A stretch of DNA of 64,000 nt from an uncultured bacterium (GCA_963726455.1 CAVSCK010000004.1:1504001-1568000), one strand, 5' to 3'. Numbered from the stretch's first letter, positions 10,815 through 20,361 are shown. Translations and numbers: made by a program. Notes: a model not told the origin generated them from the sequence alone.

Positions 10815-11277
10815 GTCATTCCCGCGCAAGCGGGAATCCAGGCTTATTTCAACGGTGCGAATCGAAGTGAAAACACGAACGGGAACCTGTCACCAAACGG
10901 GCCAGCCATCCGCCGGCAGGAGCTGACGGCCCAGGTTCGCTTGGTCTTTGACATCGCGAATTGTAATGATTCGCGCCATAATTAGAGCGCACTGCCGTGC
11001 GTGACTACCCGTGCGGCAGGCGAGGACGACTGCCGCGCACTGCAGTACGCCTGGATTCCCGCTTGCGCGGGAATGACACGGTGGATGCGGACGCGGCAGG
11101 CGAGGACGACTGCCGGGCACTGCAGTACGCCTGTATTCCCGCTTGCGCGGGAATGACATGGTGGGTGCGGATGCGGCAGGCGAGGACGACTGCCGCGCAC
11201 AAGCAGGTACCGTCAGGAAGGGGTTCCTGACTGCTCGTGGAAATACGTCTGGATTCCCGCCTGCGCGGGAATGACAC
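10815..11277. repeat. REP cluster with an 80-bp tandem unit (11013, 11093, partial 11173) and four ATTCCC-N8-GGGAAT palindromes
   Basis: gcggcaggcgaggacgactgccg recurs at 80-bp period; palindromes near 10815, 11052, 11132, 11250. Confidence 0.9.
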
Positions 11278-11311
11278 CGGTCAAGTTACTCGATGTTGGC
11301 GATGACGGTCA

Positions 11312-11701
11312 TCAGTCAAGGTACGCGATGGCGTCGATTTCGACCATGACGTCCATCGGGAGTTTGGCGACCTGGACAGTGGCACGTGCCGGACAATCGT
11401 GCGTGAAGTGGCGATTGTAGACCTCGTTCATCGCTTTGAAGTCGTCCATGCTCTTCAGGTAGACGGTGGTTTTGAGCACTTTATCCATCGCCGAGCCGGC
11501 GGCGGTTAAGATGGCGGTGACATTTTTCAGGACGCGGTCGGTCTGTTCGACGATACCACCATCGACCAGTTTGCCGGTGGCGGGATCAAGCGGTATTTGC
11601 CCGGACACGAACACCAGTTGTTTGCAGTCGATGGCCGTTCCCTGCGAATAGGGGCCGATGGCTTTGGGGGCGAGTTCGGTGGCTATGATCTTCTTGGACA
11701 T
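11312..11701 (-). CDS. ridA: RidA/YjgF enamine-imine deaminase
   Basis: APKAIGPYSQG, SGQIPLDP, VLKTTVYL, PARATVQV, VEIDAIA; SD aaggag. Confidence 0.93.
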   Translation of the reverse strand: MSKKIIATELAPKAIGPYSQGTAIDCKQLVFVSGQIPLDPATGKLVDGGIVEQTDRVLKNVTAILTAAGSAMDKVLKTTVYLKSMDDFKAMNEVYNRHFTHDCPARATVQVAKLPMDVMVEIDAIAYLD

Positions 11702-11799
11702 AATTTCTCCTTTTGGTTGCAGCGGTCGGTGCGACCGTCAAATCAGCTACGAGGGGAATATAAGAATGAAGCGCGGGCGCGGCAATGTTAGTGTTTGGG

Positions 11800-11841
11800 C
11801 GTCAGGTCACGCTCGTGGGATGAGCTAAGACCTGACACAAC
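11800..11841. repeat. GTCAGGTC...GACCTGACACAAC palindrome family
   Basis: Related copies at 15387-15434 and 15760-15803. Confidence 0.75.
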
Positions 11842-11859
11842 TCTTAATGCACGGCGGCG

Positions 11860-12852
11860 TTAGTATTTGTTCATGGGGCTTTCGGGGCCCATGAGAATGG
11901 TGAATTCGCGCAGCATCTGGCCATCAAAGGAACCGGGTTCGCTGTGCATCATTTTGAGCGCCGGGAAGGTCTCGATCGCGGGTTGGTAGACGCGTTCGGT
12001 CGTGAGCGCATCGAAGACATCGGAGATGGCGACCAACTTGCTGAACGGATGCAGGTCGCGTTCGTCGATGCCGGCGGGGTAACCGCTGCCGTCGAACCGT
12101 TCGTGATGTTGCAGCACTGGATAGTATGACTCCTCCGGTATCAGATCGGTTTCGCGCAGAATTTCGCTGCCCCAGTTGGGATGCTTCTTCATGATCTCGA
12201 ATTCGGAACGGTTCAGCGACGTGCGTTTGTTCAGGATGCGTTCCGGCACCTTGCTCTTGCCGACATCATGCAGCAGCGCGCCGGTGCCGAGGGTAATCAG
12301 TTCGTCATGTCCGCCGATGCCAATCTGCCGTGCCAGCGCGATCGAGAAGGTGCAGACGTTGACCGAATGCGTGTAGGTGTAATAATCGAATGACGTGATC
12401 TTCATCAGATTGAGGAACGCCTCGCGCCCCTTGAGGATGTAGTTGATTGTATGTTCGACCAGGTCCTGGCTGCGGCGGATATTGTCGGAATAGGTCGGAT
12501 TGGAGAGCACTTCCTTGACCAGCGCCTGCGAGGTGCTGTATAGAATGGAGGCCTTCTTGACCTCCTCGACTTTGGGATCGGCCAGGAGTTCGGGCAGGTG
12601 CTCCTCGATATATTGCTGGTATGCCTCCTTGGAATCATAAGTGATATAGATTGTGGAGACATGGTTTTCCAGAAGCTTCTTGCGTGACAGGTCGGAGAAC
12701 GGTAAAGACTTGGCGCGGTAGAGAACGAGTTCCTTGCCGGTGTGGATATAGATATCGAAATACAGTATCTTATCGATTCGCAGTGAATCGACCTGCACCG
12801 GCAAGAAGGCCGGATTCTGAGACGAAGTGCGCTTCTTAGTTAGACTTAGCAT
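11860..12852 (-). CDS. HD-GYP cyclic dinucleotide phosphodiesterase
   Basis: YTYTHSVNV, LLHDVGK, HHERFDGSGYP, DVFDALT. Confidence 0.92.
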   Translation of the reverse strand: MLSLTKKRTSSQNPAFLPVQVDSLRIDKILYFDIYIHTGKELVLYRAKSLPFSDLSRKKLLENHVSTIYITYDSKEAYQQYIEEHLPELLADPKVEEVKKASILYSTSQALVKEVLSNPTYSDNIRRSQDLVEHTINYILKGREAFLNLMKITSFDYYTYTHSVNVCTFSIALARQIGIGGHDELITLGTGALLHDVGKSKVPERILNKRTSLNRSEFEIMKKHPNWGSEILRETDLIPEESYYPVLQHHERFDGSGYPAGIDERDLHPFSKLVAISDVFDALTTERVYQPAIETFPALKMMHSEPGSFDGQMLREFTILMGPESPMNKY

Positions 12853-12905
12853 AATACAGATACTCTATTCCTATGATATCGACAGACAGGGGACGCTTCT
12901 GCAAC

Positions 12906-12938
12906 AAAAAGGCCGGTCGGTGTGATTCACCGACCGGC
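12906..12938 (-). terminator. Rho-independent terminator after 12976..13596
   Basis: Minus strand gccggtcggtg-aatca-caccgaccggc followed by ctttttg. Confidence 0.8.
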
Positions 12939-12975
12939 GAGCCAAAGGAGGGGCAACGGGCTGTGAAATGGAAAC

Positions 12976-13596
12976 TTAGCTGCCGTAGCTCTTGACCAGC
13001 ATCATCACCGACTGCAGTGACGTGCTGATATTCGAAAGAGCTTTGGAGTATCTTTTCAATAATTCCGAATACTGCCAACGCATCGAGAACGCCTTTTCCG
13101 GAAATTCGAACAGGTCGAGCAGAGTCTTGCGATAGATTTCGTCCAGATAGCGGACGACGTAATAGCTGTATTCCGGGACGTCTTTATCGTCCGCATTGCC
13201 TTTGCTCAGCCTGTCGCGATAGGCCTCCACCTTCTCCAACACTACCGTTCCGAAACACCAGGGAGTCATCACGACGCCGAAATTATTGGCCTCGGTATAG
13301 AAATCGTAGATGGTCTTGAGCAGAGTCTCGACGACTTTGCGCTTGGCATAAAGGAAAGCGCGGAGTTCCTGCTGATATGGCTGGAGCTGGGCTTCCTTGG
13401 CCTTGGCGTCCTGAAGTTCACCCAGGGCGCGCTCTTCCACGCGTTCCAAGAAGGCATAGTAGTCGTCGAAATAGACCTTGACGTTTTCGCTGAGAGTATA
13501 GGTGAAATAACCACCGTCGTCATGCTTGACCCGCGGTTCGACGCCTTTACCGAATCTCGCTTCCGAAAAACCTTTTTTCATTTCCGCAGATATCAT
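12976..13596 (-). CDS. Hypothetical cytoplasmic helical protein, sigma-54 controlled
   Basis: SD aaggag, typical codon usage, own promoter and terminator; no domain recognised. Confidence 0.75.
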   Translation of the reverse strand: MISAEMKKGFSEARFGKGVEPRVKHDDGGYFTYTLSENVKVYFDDYYAFLERVEERALGELQDAKAKEAQLQPYQQELRAFLYAKRKVVETLLKTIYDFYTEANNFGVVMTPWCFGTVVLEKVEAYRDRLSKGNADDKDVPEYSYYVVRYLDEIYRKTLLDLFEFPEKAFSMRWQYSELLKRYSKALSNISTSLQSVMMLVKSYGS

Positions 13597-13639
13597 GTCG
13601 ATCTCCTTCCGTCAATGTCGTGTCCGACATGAGTACTAC

Positions 13640-13654
13640 GCAAGGGGTGTGCCA
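13640..13654 (-). promoter_or_regulatory. sigma-54 (-24/-12) promoter
   Basis: TGGCAC-acccc-TTGC, exact consensus spacing, about 45 bp upstream of the start. Confidence 0.8.
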
Positions 13655-13819
13655 GAGTGACGAGCACGGGGGCAGTCAATAGCTGACGGCGTAAGGCGTT
13701 GACCGTGAATCGGTTAGGAGAGCGCGTCCAGAAGCCCGTCGTAAAGTGTTTCAGATTAGTGTGACGTTGTTTGCAGACATTTCACGCTGCGAGACACGGG
13801 GCCAAGGACGGTGTATTTG

Positions 13820-13848
13820 TTGACTCTGGTTTGGAGGGTCGGTACATT
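13820..13848 (+). promoter_or_regulatory. sigma-70 promoter; predicted start site at the ruvX ATG (leaderless)
   Basis: TTGACT-17-TACATT-6 nt-ATG. Confidence 0.6.
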
Positions 13849-13854
13849 CACGCG

Positions 13855-14286
13855 ATGTTTGAGAAACGGATTGTCGGCATTGATTATGGGCGCAAGCGAA
13901 TCGGCATCGCATACTCCGATCCGCTGCGAATTACGGCTCAGCCGCTGGCGACGGTTATCGTCAAAATAGAGGGCGAGGCAGTCAAGAAAGTCTGTGAAGT
14001 GCTGGCACGGGAGGATGTCGAACTGGTTGTGGTCGGCCTGCCGGTGTCGTTGTCGGGCGGAAAGGGCGGACAGATGGCGGACGAAATCCGGAAGTTCGCA
14101 CAGGGACTGGAGAGAAGTGGCTACAAGGTGGTGTTCGAGGATGAGCGGTTCACGTCCGCAGAGGCAATGGCGACCATGCGCCGCGCCGGCAAGAAAGAAA
14201 AACAAATGCGGGGCAAGACTGATGTTATTGCGGCGCAGTTGATCCTGCAGGACTATCTGGATTCCCTTCCAAAGCAGATGCCGTGA
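13855..14286 (+). CDS. ruvX: YqgF/RuvX pre-16S rRNA nuclease
   Basis: GIDYGRKRIGIAYSD, VVGLP, DERFTS, DVIAAQLILQDYLD. Confidence 0.95.
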   Translation: MFEKRIVGIDYGRKRIGIAYSDPLRITAQPLATVIVKIEGEAVKKVCEVLAREDVELVVVGLPVSLSGGKGGQMADEIRKFAQGLERSGYKVVFEDERFTSAEAMATMRRAGKKEKQMRGKTDVIAAQLILQDYLDSLPKQMP

Positions 14287-15380
14287 AGAAATTTCTCTCA
14301 CTGCTTAAGTGGTTTGTGTCGACGACGCTGATATTTGCGCTGTCGCCGCTGGTGTTGGTTGTATCACTGATTGAGATAATTGTGAGCGGATCGACAATAA
14401 AGAGAATTCTGCTGGGACTGGCAGTCATTGTAGTTGTGGCAGCCGTGATCGCTTATTATCAGACGCAGCGCAAAGTCGGTGATCCCCTGAAAGATTATGT
14501 GGTGCTGGTGCATCCGGAAGATAACGCCGCCAATGTTTATGTGCGGGTGATAGCCAGCGGCCTGCCGGTCAACAAGTGGCTTTATTCGTGGTATATGCGC
14601 AGCACCAAGGTGGACAGACAACTTAGGCCGGGGCGGTATCATCTTAAAGGCGGACTCACCAATTATCAGATTGTAATAGCCTTCCGTGACAGCAAGCCGG
14701 AGTTGAGCAAAGTGACCATTCCGGAGGGATGGTCGATCAGGCAGATGATACCGGTGTTGGCGCGAGAGATTCCGACCGACTCGGTGCAACTGCGCCGATT
14801 GCTGGCGGATCAGAATTTCCTGCGGAGTTTCGAAATCGACGCGCCGGGATTCGAGGGATACCTGTTTCCGGAAACGTACACGTTCTTTCCATACGAGGAT
14901 GCGCGCACGATCATAAGCGAAATGGTGCGGACATTCCGTAAAGAAGTCACTCCGGATATGATGCAGCGTGCCAAGGATCTGAAGTTGTCGCTGAACCAAG
15001 TCATCACGATGGCATCACTGGTCGAAGCCGAAGCTGCGGATGGCAAAGAACGGGAGTTGATTGCTTCCGTGTTTTACAACCGTCTGCGTCTGGGTTGGAA
15101 GCTTCAATGCGATCCGACAGTGATCTATGCATTAGGCGGGCTCGACCGGCCGCTATTACGCAAAGACCTGGAGTTTGATTCGCCTTACAACACTTACCTC
15201 TATTATGGCCTGCCTCCGGGGCCGGTCTGTTCGCCGGGATTAGCGTCAATCAATGCCGCGCTCTATCCGGCGACCACGAATTACACTTACTTTGTCGCCA
15301 CGGGCACGGGGCAGCATGTGTTCACGGCATCGCTGGAGGAACACAATCGCGCGACGAGCCGGGTAAAGCGGAATTGGTGA
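14283..15380 (+). CDS. mltG: Endolytic transglycosylase MltG (YceG)
   Basis: VTIPEG, EGYLFPETY, ASLVEAE, LQCDPTVIY, SPYNTY, GLPPGPVCSPG. Confidence 0.95.
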   Translation: MKKFLSLLKWFVSTTLIFALSPLVLVVSLIEIIVSGSTIKRILLGLAVIVVVAAVIAYYQTQRKVGDPLKDYVVLVHPEDNAANVYVRVIASGLPVNKWLYSWYMRSTKVDRQLRPGRYHLKGGLTNYQIVIAFRDSKPELSKVTIPEGWSIRQMIPVLAREIPTDSVQLRRLLADQNFLRSFEIDAPGFEGYLFPETYTFFPYEDARTIISEMVRTFRKEVTPDMMQRAKDLKLSLNQVITMASLVEAEAADGKERELIASVFYNRLRLGWKLQCDPTVIYALGGLDRPLLRKDLEFDSPYNTYLYYGLPPGPVCSPGLASINAALYPATTNYTYFVATGTGQHVFTASLEEHNRATSRVKRNW

Positions 15381-15415
15381 GGGAAGTGTCAGGTCTCGCC
15401 CCCGACTTCGTCGTG

Positions 15416-15745
15416 GGCTAAGACCTGACACAACACGAAACCCGCCGCAAGCGGATGGGGCACCCGGGCGTTGATGACGGGCTCGCTGACCTACGGAATC
15501 TTGTTCCGTCAGGATAGGAATCCTGACGGCGCGGAGAAGGTGTCAGACAGGAATGTCTAACCTACCGATTTGGCTAAGACCTGACACAACACGAAACCCG
15601 CCGCAAGCGGATGGGGCACCCGGGCGTTGATGACGGGCTCGCTGACCTACGGAATCTTGTTCCGTCAGGATAGGAATCCTGACGGCGCGGAGAAGGTGTC
15701 AGACAGGAATGTCTAACCTACCGATTTGGCTAAGACCAGACACAG
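15416..15745. repeat. 156-bp perfect tandem duplication of a composite REP block
   Basis: ggctaagacc at 15416, 15572 and 15728; each unit carries several different palindromes. Confidence 0.9.
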
Positions 15746-15890
15746 CTAAGAAGAGACGATGTGTCAGGTCACGCTCGCGGATCGAGCTAAGACCTGACAC
15801 AACTATTCAGACAGAGAAAAAACCCACCGCAAGCGATGGGGCACCTTTGTCATCGAAGGATTTGCTGCAGCAAGTGGCACGAGCGTGAGA

Positions 15891-15919
15891 TTGACAACTG
15901 GCGGGCAAAAGCATACCAT
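15891..15919 (+). promoter_or_regulatory. sigma-70 promoter; leaderless EamA mRNA predicted
   Basis: TTGACA-17-TACCAT-6 nt-ATG (15926). Confidence 0.65.
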
Positions 15920-15925
15920 GCGCGG

Positions 15926-16804
15926 ATGAAAGTTGCGGTCTATGTCCTGCTGTGTCTCATCTGGGGTTCGACCTGGACCGGTATCAAGATGGGGCTGGAG
16001 GACGCGCCGCCGATTTGGAGTGCGGCGATACGGTTTATCCTGGCGACGGCTCTGCTTTGGCTTTTCAACCTCATTTCGAAGCGGCAGTACCCCAGCGGCT
16101 GGCGCAACAAGTGGCGCGTGGCCTGGCCGGGAATCTTTACGTTCTTCGGCTCCTACACTTTGACTTATCTCGGCGAAAACTATATCACTTCCGCACTGGC
16201 GGCGATTCTATTTGCGGTGATGCCCTTCTTTATTATGGGTCTGATGCCTTTGATGCTGAAATCGGAACGCGTGGATCGGCGATCGGTTGTCGGTGTGCTG
16301 GTGGCATTTGTCGGCGTGGTGATGATCTTTTCCGAACCGACGGAGGCGGGGTCGAATTCGCTACTAGGGATGATCTTGTTGTTACTCTCCCCTATCTGCG
16401 CCGCGATAGGCGCGGTGACGGTAAAGGCATATTTGCATGATGAACCGGTGTTTCCGATGGTCACGCTGCAGATGGGACTCGGCGCGTTGTTGCTCACGGT
16501 GACGGCGCTGATCTTTGAACCGTTGAGTGGGTTCAAGTTCACGAAAACCTCAGTCGGCGCCATTGTATACCTGGCGGTGTTTGGCTCGGTCATCGCGTTC
16601 AGCGGATACTACTGGCTGCTGCAGCGAGTGCGCCTGATCACCATGTCAATGGTGGCCTTGATTACACCGGCGGTCGCGATGTTCGTGGGATTCATCCTGC
16701 TCAAGGAAGTCCTGACGATCGGCGATTATACAGGAGCCGTGCTGGTTCTGGTTGGAGTGTTGATTGTAGACCTCAAGCTGGCGCAAACAACAAGCTCTGC
16801 ATAG
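15926..16804 (+). CDS. EamA/DMT family transporter
   Basis: LIWGSTW, about 10 hydrophobic segments, YLAVFGSVIAF. Confidence 0.93.
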   Translation: MKVAVYVLLCLIWGSTWTGIKMGLEDAPPIWSAAIRFILATALLWLFNLISKRQYPSGWRNKWRVAWPGIFTFFGSYTLTYLGENYITSALAAILFAVMPFFIMGLMPLMLKSERVDRRSVVGVLVAFVGVVMIFSEPTEAGSNSLLGMILLLLSPICAAIGAVTVKAYLHDEPVFPMVTLQMGLGALLLTVTALIFEPLSGFKFTKTSVGAIVYLAVFGSVIAFSGYYWLLQRVRLITMSMVALITPAVAMFVGFILLKEVLTIGDYTGAVLVLVGVLIVDLKLAQTTSSA

Positions 16805-16842
16805 ACAGAACTGCGTGCTCGGAGGGGTGGCGAGTGACGGGT

Positions 16843-17436
16843 TCAAATACGGTTGCTGCAGTAGCGGCAGACCATCGCTTCTTTCTTGATAATTTCCGCA
16901 CAATATGGGCAGCGTTTTTCGTCAGGCCGCAGGCGCGGCAGATGCGGTTTTTGATAACGTTTCAGTGATTCCACCGCTTTGTGCGCCGCCGCCGCCGCGG
17001 CAGTACCGGAAAATTCAAATACTGTGTTGCGCCGCATGGCATGGTTGTCATCCCAATCGATCACCACGCAATATTCGTTCTTGAGATCGCTTTCAGATTT
17101 GTTGACGGCGAACGCAGAGAATGTGAGGTCTTTGGGCGCTGTCAGACGCTGAAGGGTTTTGTCCTTCTCATCATAGAAGACGTCAATGATGCCATTGCGG
17201 GGGATGCGTCCCAATTCCTGGTCATGGTCGGCAAGGAAAAGATAGGCCGCCTCGCTGATATTGCAGTCGACCAAATCCACGCTTTCGAGGGCACTCGGAA
17301 AACCGGCGAGATAGGTACCGACCGGGAATTTGTCGAGCACGCCCTCTTCCTCATCGCGGCTCTTGCCGGCGAAGTAGAGCGCCACAACAACGATGACGGC
17401 GATTAAGACGACCAGTAGAATCGCGACGGTATTCAA
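16843..17436 (-). CDS. Membrane-anchored protein with C-terminal zinc ribbon (UPF0547-like)
   Basis: N-terminal TM; CPYCAEIIKKEAMVCRYC; TTG start; promoter TTGACT-17-TATCAT at 17499-17471. Confidence 0.75.
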   Translation of the reverse strand: MNTVAILLVVLIAVIVVVALYFAGKSRDEEEGVLDKFPVGTYLAGFPSALESVDLVDCNISEAAYLFLADHDQELGRIPRNGIIDVFYDEKDKTLQRLTAPKDLTFSAFAVNKSESDLKNEYCVVIDWDDNHAMRRNTVFEFSGTAAAAAAHKAVESLKRYQKPHLPRLRPDEKRCPYCAEIIKKEAMVCRYCSNRI

Positions 17437-17529
17437 TTCGTACGCTCCGGGCTACAGACTCACCGGCGAAATGATAGGCGAGTGGGAGAGGGCAGTCAAT
17501 GTAAAATTGGAGTTGGTGCGACTGGAAAC

Positions 17530-17696
17530 ACAGCCCTTTAGTTCCCCTCTTAAGAGGGGAAAACAAGCGTCGGCTCAGAAATGAGTGGTAGGATAAACAT
17601 TCTTGTTTGTCCCTGAGGTTTGGTGTCAAGTGGTCAGACCGGAATGTCTAACCTACCGGGCTGCATTTGAGAGTCAAACAGGAATGTTCAACCTAC
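17530..17696. repeat. Degenerate REP cluster (GACAGGAATGTCTAACCTAC family plus CCCCTCTTAAGAGGGG)
   Basis: Copies near 17587, 17633 and 17673 resemble 15541-15565. Confidence 0.65.
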
Positions 17697-17722
17697 TGGG
17701 CTGCGTTAGCATGAAATTTGAA

Positions 17723-18859
17723 CTACTTCGGGAAACGGCGGAGCTTGTCGATCAGGGCATCGATCTCGTCGGTCGTGTTATAGAAATTGACGGCGACACG
17801 AACACCGCCTTCGCGAAAGACGAGATAGAAGTTTTCGCTCAAGAGGTATTTCCAAAGCTGGTCTCCGGCGGGCGAACCAATGGAAATGATCGACGAGCGA
17901 TGCTTCGATTCCAACGAGCTCTTGAGGTAGTAGTAATCGCTGGTCTTGAGATATTCCACCAGTCGGTCGAGCAGCGCCAGATTGTGCCGGAAAATATTTT
18001 CGACGCCAAGACCGTTGATATATTTCAGCGCGGCCGACATCGCCCAGATTTGCATAAAGGGATAAGTGCCGGTGTTGAAACGGCGGGAATCGGCGAACGG
18101 TTCGCGGTCGAAGTGACGGAGGTCGGTGAACTTCATCTGCCAATCGACACCGAGCCAGCCGGTTGACAGCGACTTGAGTTGACGTTTCGCATCCTTGGAT
18201 AAGTAGAAGAAGCCAGATCCCAGCGGCGACAGCAGCCATTTTTGTGCGCCACAGGCAAGCAGGTCAATCTGGCATTCGCGTACATTGAGCGGACAATGAC
18301 CGAGTCCCTGAATGGCATCAACTACAAAGAAGATATCATGCTCGCGGCAGAATTCGCCGATGGCCATGAGATCATTGCGGAAGCCGTTGAAATACTGAAC
18401 GTAGCTGACCGCCAGCACGCGCGTGCGCGGGGTCACCAGTTTGCGAGCTTCATCCAACGAGAAATTGTTATCTATCGACGGAGCATACTTGAGCAGCACG
18501 CCATCCTGTTCGAACACTTTGAACGGATACGGCACTGACGGGAAATCGTTGTCGGCAAGAATGACTTCATCGCCCGGTTTGAGGCCGAGACCCGTCGCCG
18601 CGATATTGATGCCGATGGATGTGTTGAACGCATAGCCGATTTCGTCGGCGTCAGCACCGGTCATCTTCGCGGCTTCGTCCCGCACTTGTTGCAGATAATC
18701 CATCGATTCATGGTCGGGCTGGCGGAGATTGTAGACCTCCTCCCAATACTGATCAATCTTCTCTTTGACTGGTTTCAACATGGGGGCATAGGAAGCGTTA
18801 TTGAAGAAGATTTTCTTGTCCAGACCTATAAAGTCGTCACGTACGCGTTTGTCGATCAT
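17723..18859 (-). CDS. PLP-dependent aminotransferase class V
   Basis: FFNNASYAP, VDAIQGLG, GAQKWLLSPLGSG, VRVAVNFYNT. Confidence 0.88.
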   Translation of the reverse strand: MIDKRVRDDFIGLDKKIFFNNASYAPMLKPVKEKIDQYWEEVYNLRQPDHESMDYLQQVRDEAAKMTGADADEIGYAFNTSIGINIAATGLGLKPGDEVILADNDFPSVPYPFKVFEQDGVLLKYAPSIDNNFSLDEARKLVTPRTRVLAVSYVQYFNGFRNDLMAIGEFCREHDIFFVVDAIQGLGHCPLNVRECQIDLLACGAQKWLLSPLGSGFFYLSKDAKRQLKSLSTGWLGVDWQMKFTDLRHFDREPFADSRRFNTGTYPFMQIWAMSAALKYINGLGVENIFRHNLALLDRLVEYLKTSDYYYLKSSLESKHRSSIISIGSPAGDQLWKYLLSENFYLVFREGGVRVAVNFYNTTDEIDALIDKLRRFPK

Positions 18860-18870
18860 GATGGTACTCG

Positions 18871-19272
18871 CTAGTAATGATAGGTATAGGTGATCGAACC
18901 GATCACCAGAAGCAGAGTCAGCAGACTCCAGAAAAGGTCAAAGGCGGCAATCACACCCGGAAGTTTGTATTGATTGAAGTTGCGAATATGCATTGGCAGC
19001 ACGCCGACTCCGAAAATGAATAGTCCGATGAACAGGCCGCTACGATAACTGGTGAACGGCAGCACCGGAAAGAATCCGGCATAAACAGTCACCGGCAACA
19101 TCACCACAAATACGAAATTTACGAGGAACGGCTGGGTAAACTGGACGACAATTCTGTCTTCAGGCGAGTATTTGCGGGCCAGCGGTTTTTGAATCAGCAC
19201 GCGCAAGATTTCCAGAATCAACAACATTACGCCTGCCACGAGAATAGTCAATAACAAGCGGCCGGTGGTCAT
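18871..19272 (-). CDS. Small 4-TM membrane protein
   Basis: Four hydrophobic segments; abuts both neighbours. Confidence 0.75.
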   Translation of the reverse strand: MTTGRLLLTILVAGVMLLILEILRVLIQKPLARKYSPEDRIVVQFTQPFLVNFVFVVMLPVTVYAGFFPVLPFTSYRSGLFIGLFIFGVGVLPMHIRNFNQYKLPGVIAAFDLFWSLLTLLLVIGSITYTYHY

Positions 19273-20274
19273 CTATAACCAACCCTGATCCTGGTACCAT
19301 TGGTAGGTGTCGGCTATCGCCTGTTGCAGGGAGCAAGTCGGTTCGTAATTCAAGAGCGCTCTGGCTTTGGCAGACGAGCAGACCCAGTAGCGGTGCTCAA
19401 GCTCACGCACTTTGTCTTTCTTGAGCGGGAAACCGTCGTTGGAGCCGAGCAACGAAGACACGAGCTTCAATATCGGCACCGGTATTCGCAGTGGCCGGAT
19501 GTCTACTTTGATTGTATCGGCAATCAGCTGTTGTACTTCCCACTGCGAGATATCTTCGACGGACGTTATGAAGAACGTCTCCCCTGCCGCTTTGTCGTTG
19601 AACGCGGCACGGATTGTGCCGTCGACAACGTCCCTGACATAGGCCAGACTGACGAATCCCTCTTTGCCTCCGAACTTGAGCATCCACCCAAGTTTGACAT
19701 ACTTGAAGAATACGAACACATCCGTGTCGCGCGGCCCGAACACTGCCGGCGGACGAATAATTGTGATCGGAATTCTGTCCTTAAATGCCAATGCCGCCTC
19801 TTCGCCTGCCAATTTGCTGGCGCCATAATCGGAAACCGGCGTCGGAGCATCGGCCTCAGTCCGGAGTTTGTGTTCGCGTGACGGTCCGGCGGCTGCCTGA
19901 CTCGAAATGAGGACGAATCGTTTGAGCCGGGTCGCATATTTGGCGGCCATTTCCAACAGATTGGCGGTGCCATCGCGATTGACCACCATGTATTGGTTGA
20001 GTGATCGGGCGCTGATCAGGCCGGCGGAATGGAATATGTAGTCCATCTGTGGGAGTATGTCTTCCAAGGACTTCAGGTCCCCAAGACTACCTGTAACGGG
20101 CGTATATTTAAGCTCGCTGATCAGGTTGAGCCGCGAAGTCGGACGCAGCAAGAGGTAGAGATCGCATCCGAGTTTGCTCAGCGCTTCGGCAAGATGGCTG
20201 CCGACAAAACCGGAAGCGCCAGTAACCAGAACCTTAGGATGTTCAGGGAGTTGGGGATTAAATTGACTTGACAT
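19273..20274 (-). CDS. Extended SDR/NAD-dependent epimerase-type reductase, CerR-like candidate
   Basis: TGASGFVG, SSQAAAGP, YGASK, RPPAVFGP; divergent from spt. Confidence 0.85.
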   Translation of the reverse strand: MSSQFNPQLPEHPKVLVTGASGFVGSHLAEALSKLGCDLYLLLRPTSRLNLISELKYTPVTGSLGDLKSLEDILPQMDYIFHSAGLISARSLNQYMVVNRDGTANLLEMAAKYATRLKRFVLISSQAAAGPSREHKLRTEADAPTPVSDYGASKLAGEEAALAFKDRIPITIIRPPAVFGPRDTDVFVFFKYVKLGWMLKFGGKEGFVSLAYVRDVVDGTIRAAFNDKAAGETFFITSVEDISQWEVQQLIADTIKVDIRPLRIPVPILKLVSSLLGSNDGFPLKKDKVRELEHRYWVCSSAKARALLNYEPTCSLQQAIADTYQWYQDQGWL

Positions 20275-20361
20275 AAAACTATTAGTCAATTATGATAGCC
20301 GACCTGTTGGTTGAGAACATTCTGCCAATCTACCTAGTCGGAGGCCGAAAGCAAGTCAATT

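Noticed and set aside
9613-11277. ORFs 9613..9936, 10021..10926, 10452..10985 and neighbours as genes
   Set aside because: They run through REP palindromes (SFPRKRES and VIPAQAGIQ are REP translations) and lack domains or SD; a short gene remnant at 10560-10800 cannot be excluded
11013-15745. 80-bp and 156-bp tandem repeats as CRISPR arrays
   Set aside because: Whole units repeat with no unique spacers, and no cas genes are present
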